Part shown: piece after piece, positions 51,646 to 59,502 of the stretch | Numbering within the stretch: the first letter of the stretch is position 1 | Layout: every line of letters begins with the position of its first letter | Assembly: GCA_041662125.1 (NCBI GenBank) | Contig: JBAZTA010000001.1 | Span: 324,761 to 388,760, forward strand | Source of the DNA: Candidatus Omnitrophota bacterium | Lineage (GTDB): Bacteria > Omnitrophota > Gorgyraeia > Gygaellales > Profunditerraquicolaceae | DNA: 64,000 nucleotides | Reading direction: 5' to 3' | Notes under the pieces: model-generated | Databases searched by the model: none | The model's input: only the letters and a program-made list of their open reading frames with translations | What the model was told of the DNA's origin: nothing | Translations under genes and position numbers: made by a program

Positions 51646-52473
51646 CTATTCTATCAGGCTGTCTTTCGCCTGTTTTAATTTCTCCACTAATTCATAAGGG
51701 ATTTTCATTGACCCGATCCTGACCGCGGCTTTAGCATTCCCATGGCAATCTGAACCGCCGGTAACCAGCAATTGGTACTTGTGCGCCAATTGCAAATAAA
51801 AATTAACCATTGCTTGAGAATGTTCCGGATAATGGACCTCTAATCCCATGATACCGCATGCAATAATCTTTAAAAGGGTATCATCATGCGTAATCGTATA
51901 CGGGTGTGCCAAAACAGGGATACCTCCTGCCCCTTTGATCAAAGAAACCGCTTCTTCAGGAGACAACTTAAAACCAGACACATAAGCGGGCGAACGGTCA
52001 CCGATATATTTCTTAAATGCCATCTCAACACAACTTACCAGTTTTTCTTTAACCAGAGCCCTGGCAACATGTAATCTGCCGACAGTACCGTTACCGGAAA
52101 GCGCAAATACCGCCTGAGGGTCTAACCGAACACCGATACCGTGCAGTTTTTCTATTATCTTATAAATCCGCTCAACGCGTATCTTACGCAAAGACTCAAG
52201 TTGCAGGAGTAATGCCTGATTTTGACAATCAAACAGATACCCCAGGATATGCACTTCAAGCCGCTCATACTGGGCAGTCAATTCTATGCCCGGTAAAACT
52301 TCGATACCATACTTGAGCGCATTTTCAATTATTAAGGGGATACCCTCAACCGTATCATGGTCGACGACCGCGATAGCCGAAAGGCCCGCTTTTTCTGTTT
52401 GCCGGATGAGTTCTTCGGGAGAAAATGTCCCATCAGAAAACACGGTATGTAAATGTAGATCAGCGAATTTCAT
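51646..52473 (-). CDS. PHP-domain phosphoesterase (TrpH/YciV-like) embedded in the rib operon. The start is trimmed to MKFADLHLH.
   Basis: DLHLHTVFSDG, VVDHD, GIELT and GGSDCHG PHP motifs. Confidence 0.8.
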   Translation of the reverse strand: MKFADLHLHTVFSDGTFSPEELIRQTEKAGLSAIAVVDHDTVEGIPLIIENALKYGIEVLPGIELTAQYERLEVHILGYLFDCQNQALLLQLESLRKIRVERIYKIIEKLHGIGVRLDPQAVFALSGNGTVGRLHVARALVKEKLVSCVEMAFKKYIGDRSPAYVSGFKLSPEEAVSLIKGAGGIPVLAHPYTITHDDTLLKIIACGIMGLEVHYPEHSQAMVNFYLQLAHKYQLLVTGGSDCHGNAKAAVRIGSMKIPYELVEKLKQAKDSLIE

Positions 52474-52486
52474 AGGTAAGGGGATT

Positions 52487-52903
52487 TTATTTATTCTTTT
52501 CGAGTTTAACCTTGTCCAGGATACCGTTGACGAATTTACCGGCGTTGACATCTGAATATTTCTTAGCAAGCTCAACACCTTCATTGATCGCTACTTTTGG
52601 AGGGATATCATCTCGGAATAAAAGTTCAAAACTTGTCAGGCGAAGGATATTCCTATCGACAACAGCCATTCGGTTAAGTTCCCAATTCGCAGCGTATTGC
52701 GCGATCTTTGCGTCAATTAACGCTAAATTCTCAACAACTCCCTTTACCAATTCTCCGGTAAACTGACGCACATCATCATAAATTTCTTCTTCACTATGAA
52801 CCTGCCAGAAATTATTCAAAGCAGCCTCATACTGATCATGGGTAATATCGATCTGATATAAAATCTGCAGCGCGAATTCCCGGCCTTTTGTGCGTTTACG
52901 CAT
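52487..52903 (-). CDS. nusB: Transcription antitermination factor NusB.
   Basis: 138-aa all-helical protein with RKRTKGREFALQILYQ N-terminus and a NusB signature. Confidence 0.85.
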   Translation of the reverse strand: MRKRTKGREFALQILYQIDITHDQYEAALNNFWQVHSEEEIYDDVRQFTGELVKGVVENLALIDAKIAQYAANWELNRMAVVDRNILRLTSFELLFRDDIPPKVAINEGVELAKKYSDVNAGKFVNGILDKVKLEKNK

Positions 52904-52917
52904 AATAACCTATTACC

Positions 52918-53385
52918 TTATTTTATCTGTGTAAATACGTTTACCATTTCAATAGCGCTCAAAGCGGCATCCCGGCCCTTATTACCATCTTTGGTCCCGG
53001 CACGTTCAATGGCTTGTTCGATAGTATCAGCGGTAATAACACCAAAAATAACCGGCATACCGGTACTCATGGAAACGCTGGCAATACCTTTTGAGACCTC
53101 TGCGGCAATATAGTCAAAATGGGGCGTAGAACCGCGGATAATTGTTCCTAAACAAATAACTGCGTCATAAGCCTTGGTTTGAGCTAACTTAAGCGCGGTA
53201 ACCGGAATTTCAAAAGCTCCGGGGATCCAGGTAACCAAAATGTCATCCTTATCAACTCCATGCCTGGCCAAGGTATCAATACAGGCAGCAACCAATTCTT
53301 TGGTAATAAAATCATTGAAGCGAGAGACAACAACAGCAAATTTCTTGTTTTTAGCTATCAAATTACCTTCGATTATCTTCATCAT
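52918..53385 (-). CDS. ribH: 6,7-dimethyl-8-ribityllumazine synthase.
   Basis: [13 protein letters not shown] and GAFEIP motifs. Confidence 0.9.
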   Translation of the reverse strand: MMKIIEGNLIAKNKKFAVVVSRFNDFITKELVAACIDTLARHGVDKDDILVTWIPGAFEIPVTALKLAQTKAYDAVICLGTIIRGSTPHFDYIAAEVSKGIASVSMSTGMPVIFGVITADTIEQAIERAGTKDGNKGRDAALSAIEMVNVFTQIK

Positions 53386-53436
53386 CTTTTATTCCCTCCT
53401 TAGATTCAATTCCCCATTTTTAAAACCCCGGACAGT

Positions 53437-54648
53437 TTAGGTAATCGTAATCTGATGCCCGAGCTTCTCTTTTTTTGTCTTAAGATATTTATAATTAAGG
53501 GGATTTGGTTCAATTTCAAGGGCAATGCGCTCCACGACTTTTAATCCATAGCCCTCTAACCCCACGATCTTACGAGGATTATTCGTAATAAGCTTTATAT
53601 TCTTAAGCCCCAGGTCAACCAATATCTGTGCGCCGATTCCGTAATCACGCAAATCCGCTTTATGGCCTAACGCTTCATTTGCCTCAACAGTATCCATCCC
53701 TTTATCCTGCAAATTATATGCGCGTATTTTATCAACTAATCCTATACCGCGGCCTTCCTGGTTCATATAGAGGATAACACCTTTTTTTTCTTTCTCGATC
53801 ATCTGCATCGCGGTCTTAAGCTGCCTGCCGCAATCACAACGCAGCGACCCGAAAACATCACCGGTCAAACATTCTGAATGAACACGGACTGCTACCGGCT
53901 GGCTTTCACAATTACCCATTACTAAAGCAACATGGACTTGATTACGGGTGAGGTCTTTATACACGATCAACTGATACGTACCGTATTCAGTCGGAAGGAC
54001 AGTTTCAGAAGCCCGCTCGATCAATCGTTCAGAACGGCGGCGGTATTCAATCAGCTGAGCAATTGAAGATATCTTGAGACTATGTTTCCTGGCAAACGCT
54101 AAAAGCTGCGGCAGGCGTGCCATAGACCCGTCATCGTTCATGATCTCACAAATAACCCCCGCGGGATAAAGCCCTGCCAAACGCATCATATCTACCGTCG
54201 CTTCAGTATGTCCGGCCCTGACTAAAACACCGCCGCGGCGCGCCATTAAAGGAAAAACATGTCCCGGCCGGATTAAATCTTCCGGTTTGGACTGTGGATT
54301 AATCAGCACTTCAATGGTTCGCGCCCGGTCAAATGCCGAAATACCGGTTGTCACCCCTACTGCCGCATCAACAGAGATCATCCAAGCAGTAGAAAATGAA
54401 TCTGACTGTCGTACTAATCTGCGCGTCTCCTGCATCGGCTGTAAATCCAACTGAGACAGCCGTTCTTCCTCCATAGGGATACAAATGAGCCCGCGGCCAT
54501 AGGAAGCCATGAAATTGATATCCTGAGGCTTAACAAACGAGGCTGCCATAACCAGGTCGCCTTCATTCTCACGGTCTTCATCATCTACAACTACGACCAG
54601 CTTGCCTTTTTTTAAATCATCTAATATTTCCGGGATCGAATTTAACAT
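53437..54648 (-). CDS. ribBA: Bifunctional 3,4-dihydroxy-2-butanone-4-phosphate synthase / GTP cyclohydrolase II. The start is trimmed to MLNSIPEIL because the upstream 30 codons translate the repeat.
   Basis: DHBP synthase motifs (DEDRENEGDL) and GCH-II cysteines CDCG. Confidence 0.9.
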   Translation of the reverse strand: MLNSIPEILDDLKKGKLVVVVDDEDRENEGDLVMAASFVKPQDINFMASYGRGLICIPMEEERLSQLDLQPMQETRRLVRQSDSFSTAWMISVDAAVGVTTGISAFDRARTIEVLINPQSKPEDLIRPGHVFPLMARRGGVLVRAGHTEATVDMMRLAGLYPAGVICEIMNDDGSMARLPQLLAFARKHSLKISSIAQLIEYRRRSERLIERASETVLPTEYGTYQLIVYKDLTRNQVHVALVMGNCESQPVAVRVHSECLTGDVFGSLRCDCGRQLKTAMQMIEKEKKGVILYMNQEGRGIGLVDKIRAYNLQDKGMDTVEANEALGHKADLRDYGIGAQILVDLGLKNIKLITNNPRKIVGLEGYGLKVVERIALEIEPNPLNYKYLKTKKEKLGHQITIT

Positions 54649-54649
54649 A

Positions 54650-54777
54650 GTGAGGCCACATCTTACGTCGCCTTTTGGCGACGTAAGATGTCTCTTGTAA
54701 TTTAACTTATCGGGCCGAACTATCCTGCGTAGCTCCACCGCAACTTTTCTTATTTACGAGCGAAGCAGGATAGTGAG
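54650..54777. repeat. Repeat family A, copy 2 (full), abutting the ribBA start codon.
   Basis: gtgaggccacatcttacgtcgccttttggcgacgtaagatgtctc...actatcctgcgtagctccaccgca...gagcgaagcaggatagt. The 11 nt before the ATG (gtggcctcact) are identical to those at ribE. Confidence 0.8.
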
Positions 54778-54820
54778 AAAATACGTAATCCTAGTTCTTA
54801 TATTACTCTTATCATTTACT

Positions 54821-54890
54821 GTCGGTTCGAACTATCCTGCGTAGCTCCACCGCAACTTTTCTTATTTACGAGCGAAGCAGGATAGTGAAA
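54821..54890. repeat. Repeat family A, partial copy 3 (hairpin 2 only).
   Basis: tcggttcgaactatcctgcgtagctccaccgcaacttttcttatttacgagcgaagcaggatagtg. Confidence 0.75.
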
Positions 54891-54900
54891 CCACCTATAA

Positions 54901-54928
54901 AAATAAAACCCGAAGGAAAATCTTCGGG
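54901..54928 (-). terminator. Rho-independent terminator, the expression platform of the FMN riboswitch.
   Basis: The minus strand reads CCCGAAG-AUUUUC-CUUCGGG followed by UUUUAUUUUU. Confidence 0.75.
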
Positions 54929-54940
54929 TAATAGAATATA

Positions 54941-55168
54941 CCTTAATCTTCTTTCATCTGGACTTTAACCACCTACTGCGCAGCACCCAGCCATAAATGA
55001 TTGGCTGGTATGCCACTTTCTGTGGCACCATCGGCTCTGGAATTTAACCAGATCTGTATTCTGCTTGTGCAGAATACTCGCGGGCTATTACACCCGGCGT
55101 TATTGGAAACGCCGGTGTGCGCCTTTTGCGCTACCGCCGGTTAGGAATTACACCTTACCCCGAAGATC
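54941..55168 (-). promoter_or_regulatory. FMN riboswitch (RFN element) aptamer, unusually long because of inserted hairpins.
   Basis: The minus strand reads GAUCUUCGGGGUAAGGUGUAAUUCCUAACCGGCGGUAG...AGCCCGCGAG...AGCAGA...GGUUAAAUUCCAGAGCCGAUGGUG...AAAGUCCAGAUGAAAGAAGAU, matching the RFN consensus. Confidence 0.85.
54976..55029. repeat. Repeat family B, copy 2, located inside the FMN aptamer's 3' variable region.
   Basis: ctgcgcagcacccagccataaatgattggctggtatgccactttctgtggcacc, with stems CCAGCC/GGCTGG and GCCAC/GTGGC. Confidence 0.55.
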
Positions 55169-55177
55169 AATTCAGTA

Positions 55178-55205
55178 AGTATACCACAAAATCTTGTCTT
55201 GTCAA
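55178..55205 (-). promoter_or_regulatory. Sigma70-type promoter of the rib operon.
   Basis: The minus strand reads TTGACA-N16-TATACT, about 10 nt upstream of the aptamer 5' end. Confidence 0.6.
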
Positions 55206-55292
55206 CCGGTATAAAACAACTATAATATAGGTAAGAAAACCGAAATAGGCTTTTTTACCTATAAGGATCCACCTAAGCCATCAAATAGATCA

Positions 55293-55772
55293 ATGCAACC
55301 CACTCTCTTAGCAATACATACATTTCTCATTAAAAACCGTTTGACTCTCGCCGTAGCAGAATCATGCACAGGAGGATTAGTCTCTTCCTTATTCACCAGC
55401 CTCTCCGGCAGTTCCCGCTATTTTTTCGCAGGGATTGTCAGTTACAACAATAAAGCTAAAGAGAACCTGCTGCATATCCCACACGCATTAATTAAAACTT
55501 ACGGGGCGGTTTCCGCAGAAACTGCACAACACATGGCTCTTTCAGTCAGAAAATTGACAAAAACAGATTTTGGCATAGGAATAACCGGGATAGCCGGCCC
55601 TACCGGAGCAATTTCAGGAAAACCCATTGGCACTGTTTTTATTGCGCTAAATTCCCGACAGAAAAACCTATGCGCCAGATTTTCCTTCTCTGGAACAAGG
55701 GCTCAAATAAGGAAAAAAACAACGAGTAAAACTTTATTTATTTTAAAGAGGTTTTTACACATAAACCAATGA
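55293..55772 (+). CDS. CinA C-terminal domain protein (PncC-like nicotinamide-nucleotide amidohydrolase).
   Basis: LAVAESCTGG signature; 159 aa. Confidence 0.8.
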   Translation: MQPTLLAIHTFLIKNRLTLAVAESCTGGLVSSLFTSLSGSSRYFFAGIVSYNNKAKENLLHIPHALIKTYGAVSAETAQHMALSVRKLTKTDFGIGITGIAGPTGAISGKPIGTVFIALNSRQKNLCARFSFSGTRAQIRKKTTSKTLFILKRFLHINQ

Positions 55773-56341
55773 GAGCTTTTATAGCTATAGAAATCCCACA
55801 AGAAATCAAAGGCTTCCTGGCTGCCCTGCAAAAAGGATTACGCAGATCAAACGCTGATATAAGCTGGGTAAAACCCCATAATATTCATGTAACAATGCGA
55901 TTTCTCGGAGAAATCGAACTATTACAACAAAATGCCATTACGAAGATACTCGATACCGTTTCAAAGCGCCACTCCAGCTTTAAGCTGCGCTTATCCTCAT
56001 TAGGCGCTTTCCCCAACGCCAAATCTCCCCGGGTTATCTGGGTGGGCATTGATTTGGGAACAGAACAACTGCAGAAAATCGCCGGCGAACTCGAAACAGC
56101 GTTACAGGGAAGCGGTTTTTCTCCCGAAGAAAGGCCTTTTACCTCCCATATGACGATTGGCAGGACAAAATCAAGCCTCAACAGAAGCCTGTTGGTTAAA
56201 ATCATGGAAAACGTGAATCAGAGATTTGAAGAAGAAAAGCCGGAAATGATTGTTTCAAAGATTACCTTGTTCAAAAGCACCCTTACCCCTGGCGGGCCTG
56301 TCTACGAAGCCTTATATATTGCAAATTTGATTACCACCTGA
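55769..56341 (+). CDS. thpR: RNA 2',3'-cyclic phosphodiesterase (2H family, LigT/ThpR).
   Basis: Two HxTxx motifs, HNIHVTMRFLG and SHMTIGRTK. Confidence 0.8.
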   Translation: MRAFIAIEIPQEIKGFLAALQKGLRRSNADISWVKPHNIHVTMRFLGEIELLQQNAITKILDTVSKRHSSFKLRLSSLGAFPNAKSPRVIWVGIDLGTEQLQKIAGELETALQGSGFSPEERPFTSHMTIGRTKSSLNRSLLVKIMENVNQRFEEEKPEMIVSKITLFKSTLTPGGPVYEALYIANLITT

Positions 56342-56772
56342 AGTATACAATTGGTATAAACAGCCGCAAGCAGATCATCGCTCATAACACCCAGGCTTCC
56401 GGGAAGCTCCTGCAGTCTTTTTAACGGGAAAGGTTTCAAAATATCGAATAGGCGGAATAAAACAAAGGCCGCGATAATTATCCTGATATCGCAAGGCAAT
56501 AAGAATAAACTTACCAGCATCCCCGCGGCTTCATCAATAACGATCTGCGATGCGTCTTTTCGCGCAAAAAGCCTCTCTGCTTTCCCGCTCACCAGAAATC
56601 CCAAGATAATACATACCGCCGTTAGAAACAAACAGGAAAGAGTATCACCGCAAAACAGGTAATAGAGGCAGGCGCCGGCAATGCTGGCAGCTGTTCCAGG
56701 CATTTTTGGCACATATCCGAGATAAAAGAAAGTGCTGGATACCTTTATTAAGAATTCCCTGTGACACCTCAT
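56302..56772 (-). CDS. pgpA: Phosphatidylglycerophosphatase A. The start is trimmed to MRCHREF, and its ATG overlaps the pgsA stop.
   Basis: PMPGTAASIAGA motif matching the PgpA signature. Confidence 0.75.
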   Translation of the reverse strand: MRCHREFLIKVSSTFFYLGYVPKMPGTAASIAGACLYYLFCGDTLSCLFLTAVCIILGFLVSGKAERLFARKDASQIVIDEAAGMLVSLFLLPCDIRIIIAAFVLFRLFDILKPFPLKRLQELPGSLGVMSDDLLAAVYTNCILQVVIKFAIYKAS

Positions 56773-57365
56773 TACAACCGGGTAACGATCTTGCGGTTTT
56801 CCCAAAGATATGACAGCCCGGAATACAACGTAAGTATTACGGTCAAAGACATTAAAACAAATATACCCTGGCGGAAGAATTGCTCCCAGGCGGGATTCCA
56901 GGTAAAGAATGTTACCCGGATTTCACGCAAAAGAATAAAACTTAAAATAAAAAATATCAAGATCATCTGCGAAAACGTCTTTTGTTTTCCAGCCTTACTG
57001 GCAGATAACACCTTGCCTTTATTCAACGCGAACAAGCGAAGCGACATGATCAATATTTCACGCGACATGATAATGACAAACATCCAGGCCTCAATGATCT
57101 GCATCTGCACAAATGCCGCGAATGCCGCCAGGACAAAGATCTTATCGGCGATCGGGTCCATCAGCTTGCCGAAATCCGTTACCATATTCTTCTTTCGCGC
57201 GATCCTGCCGTCAAGATAATCCGATAAAGCGCCAAAAATAAAAACTGCCAAACTGGCGATCTTTGACCAAAAAACCCATATCCCTTTAAAAGGGAACGAA
57301 AGGAAAAAAATGAAAACAAAGGTTAAAAAAATGCGTAAGACAGTGATTTTATTGGCTATATTCAT
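56772..57365 (-). CDS. pgsA: CDP-diacylglycerol--glycerol-3-phosphate 3-phosphatidyltransferase.
   Basis: CDP-alcohol phosphatidyltransferase motif DYLDGRIARKKNMVTDFGKLMDPIADK. Confidence 0.85.
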   Translation of the reverse strand: MNIANKITVLRIFLTFVFIFFLSFPFKGIWVFWSKIASLAVFIFGALSDYLDGRIARKKNMVTDFGKLMDPIADKIFVLAAFAAFVQMQIIEAWMFVIIMSREILIMSLRLFALNKGKVLSASKAGKQKTFSQMILIFFILSFILLREIRVTFFTWNPAWEQFFRQGIFVLMSLTVILTLYSGLSYLWENRKIVTRL

Positions 57366-57373
57366 ATTTTAGC

Positions 57374-58666
57374 TTAGTTTGATACTGTTCCCACTAAATC
57401 ATATTCCAAAGTATCGTGAATACGTACGTTTACGAAATCTCCGGGAACAAATATCCGCTTATTTTTCTCTGAAGGATAGATATAAATCAAGCCGTCAACT
57501 TCAGGAGCATCACCTTGGCTTCTACCCAGGTAATAATCATCTTCTTTTTCATCGATCAAAACAGGCAGTTCTTGCCCCATGAATTTCTCATTATTCTGCA
57601 GGGATATTTCCTGCTGCAAAGCCATGACCTCGTTAAACCGCTCTACCTTTATCTTTTTAGGGACCTGTTTATCGAAATCAAAAGCGGGGGTCTCTTCCTC
57701 CCGGGAATACATAAATGCCCCCAACTTTTCAAATTTCGCCGATTTAATAAACCGAAGCAGTTCTTTAAACTCTTTATCAGTCTCTGAAGGAAACCCTACG
57801 ATAACCGATGTCCGTAATGTTACCGAAGGGATCACGTTACGTATTTTCTCAATGAGCCTTAAGATATCCTTTTTGCCGGTATTACGGTTCATTAATCGCA
57901 GGATACGCTCGTTTATGTGCTGCAACGGCACATCGATATATTTACAGATACGCGGTTCATCTTTAATCACCGCCAATAATTCATCACTGATACGGCTGGG
58001 ATATAAATAAAGAAGGCGCAGCCACGGAATATGTTTTGACTTCCCGCATATCGACCGTAGTAACTCAGGCAGCCGAAAACTTCCCCCTAAATCAATACCG
58101 TAGCCACTGATATCCTGGCCGATGATATTGAGTTCTTTTACCCCCGAGCTATCCAACTGCGCTACCTGGCGCAACAATGCCTGCTCATTGACACTTGTAA
58201 AACGCCCCTTAATCCGGGGGATCACGCAATAACTGCAATTATTGATACAGCCTTCCGCTATCTTCAAATAAGCGTAGTGCCGGGGAGTTATAGAAAATTT
58301 ATCGCGTTCAACAAACGCTGCCTTTTCTGCATTCAGCCCGGGATCTAAAGAAATCTTTCCAATAAATGCATCGACTTCAGGCAACTCTTTGCATAATTCG
58401 TCTTTATACCGTTGGGCCAGGCAACCATACACAATAACTTTCTTTAACTTACCCTGTTTCTTGAGATCGATCAGGCCTAATATTGCCTCGACTGATTCCT
58501 TCTTGGCATCCTCGATAAACGCGCAGGTATTAACAATGCCGATAGAAGCATCGCGCATATCCACAATAGAATAGCCTTTAAGGCAGAGCTGCCGTAATAT
58601 CTGCTCCGAATCAACGAGGTTCCGGGGGCAACCCAGGCTTAAGATCCCAACACTACGGCGTTTCAT
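57374..58666 (-). CDS. rimO: Ribosomal protein S12 methylthiotransferase RimO (radical SAM MTTase).
   Basis: VGILSLGCPRNLVDSE N-terminal MTTase domain, CINNCSYC rSAM cluster and a C-terminal TRAM domain. Confidence 0.85.
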   Translation of the reverse strand: MKRRSVGILSLGCPRNLVDSEQILRQLCLKGYSIVDMRDASIGIVNTCAFIEDAKKESVEAILGLIDLKKQGKLKKVIVYGCLAQRYKDELCKELPEVDAFIGKISLDPGLNAEKAAFVERDKFSITPRHYAYLKIAEGCINNCSYCVIPRIKGRFTSVNEQALLRQVAQLDSSGVKELNIIGQDISGYGIDLGGSFRLPELLRSICGKSKHIPWLRLLYLYPSRISDELLAVIKDEPRICKYIDVPLQHINERILRLMNRNTGKKDILRLIEKIRNVIPSVTLRTSVIVGFPSETDKEFKELLRFIKSAKFEKLGAFMYSREEETPAFDFDKQVPKKIKVERFNEVMALQQEISLQNNEKFMGQELPVLIDEKEDDYYLGRSQGDAPEVDGLIYIYPSEKNKRIFVPGDFVNVRIHDTLEYDLVGTVSN

Positions 58667-59502
58667 CTGTCGACTCGCAAACCGTCCTTGGTGATCACAA
58701 TATTTTTAAGCGCCTGTCCTTTTCTACCTAATGACGGAATGACCTTACTATTTAACTCCAATTCAATATTACCGACATTTCCCAAAAAAAGGTCTATTCT
58801 TTCTTTTGCCTGCCAGACTTCAAACCTTCCTTTTTTCAAAATATTCTGGAACACCGTCTTTCCATCAATCTTAAGCTGGACCCAGCAATCATCCTTAGCG
58901 TGCAATCCTAATCGAATCCCAGCAGGCGCTTCTTTTTTGACCGGCTCAGGCTGCGTTGCCGAAACAGGCACTTTTTGCTCTCCTGACGGCACGGTAACCG
59001 GCACCTTCGGCGCGGCAACTTTAACAGGAGGATTTTTCTTTTGAGACTTCACAACAGGCGCAACAACTCGCTCGACTTTCTTGGTTTGTGTATCGCGCTT
59101 AGGCAACGTAATCTTTATCTTACTGACCAAAAATACCGCCAAACCAATACCAAAAACAATTCCCGTTATTTTCAGAGTCTTTCGATTAAAATAAGGCTTC
59201 AAGAACGCTATCGTAAACGCAGCTTTTTTAGAAAACGATTCTTTCTTTTCTTTTCTCTGAGGAACAATATTTGCTATCTGAGGTTCTTTATAATCAGCAA
59301 TATAGTCTTTCGGATCAACTTCCAGGCATTGACAGTAAATTTTCAAAAACCCTTTGATATATATCGGGCTTAAATTAACCAGGTTATCTTCTTCAATGGA
59401 CTTTAAAAGATTAAGTTGTATCTTTGTCTTTCTGTGGACATCTTCAAGACTCAAACCTTTCTTTAACCGCAACTCTTTAAGGCGCTTTCCGGCAGATTCC
59501 AT
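58663..59502 (-). CDS. rodZ: RodZ-like cytoskeleton protein with HTH_XRE, a TM and a C-terminal DUF4115-like domain.
   Basis: N-terminal HTH LKELRLKKGLSLEDVHRKTKIQ, central TM ITGIVFGIGLAVFLV, a Pro/Val-rich linker and a beta-rich C-terminus. Confidence 0.6.
   Translation of the reverse strand: MESAGKRLKELRLKKGLSLEDVHRKTKIQLNLLKSIEEDNLVNLSPIYIKGFLKIYCQCLEVDPKDYIADYKEPQIANIVPQRKEKKESFSKKAAFTIAFLKPYFNRKTLKITGIVFGIGLAVFLVSKIKITLPKRDTQTKKVERVVAPVVKSQKKNPPVKVAAPKVPVTVPSGEQKVPVSATQPEPVKKEAPAGIRLGLHAKDDCWVQLKIDGKTVFQNILKKGRFEVWQAKERIDLFLGNVGNIELELNSKVIPSLGRKGQALKNIVITKDGLRVDR

Noticed and set aside
53437-54738. Annotated 433-aa ribBA ORF with the 30-aa N-terminal extension MELRRIVRPDKLNYKRHLTSPKGDVRCGLT.
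   Set aside because: The extension is the translation of the family-A palindromic repeat. The canonical RibB start MLNSIPEIL lies at 54648, so the CDS was trimmed.
54650-54890. Repeat block initially suspected to be the FMN riboswitch itself.
   Set aside because: It has no RFN conserved cores. The genuine RFN aptamer was found further upstream at 54941-55168 on the minus strand.
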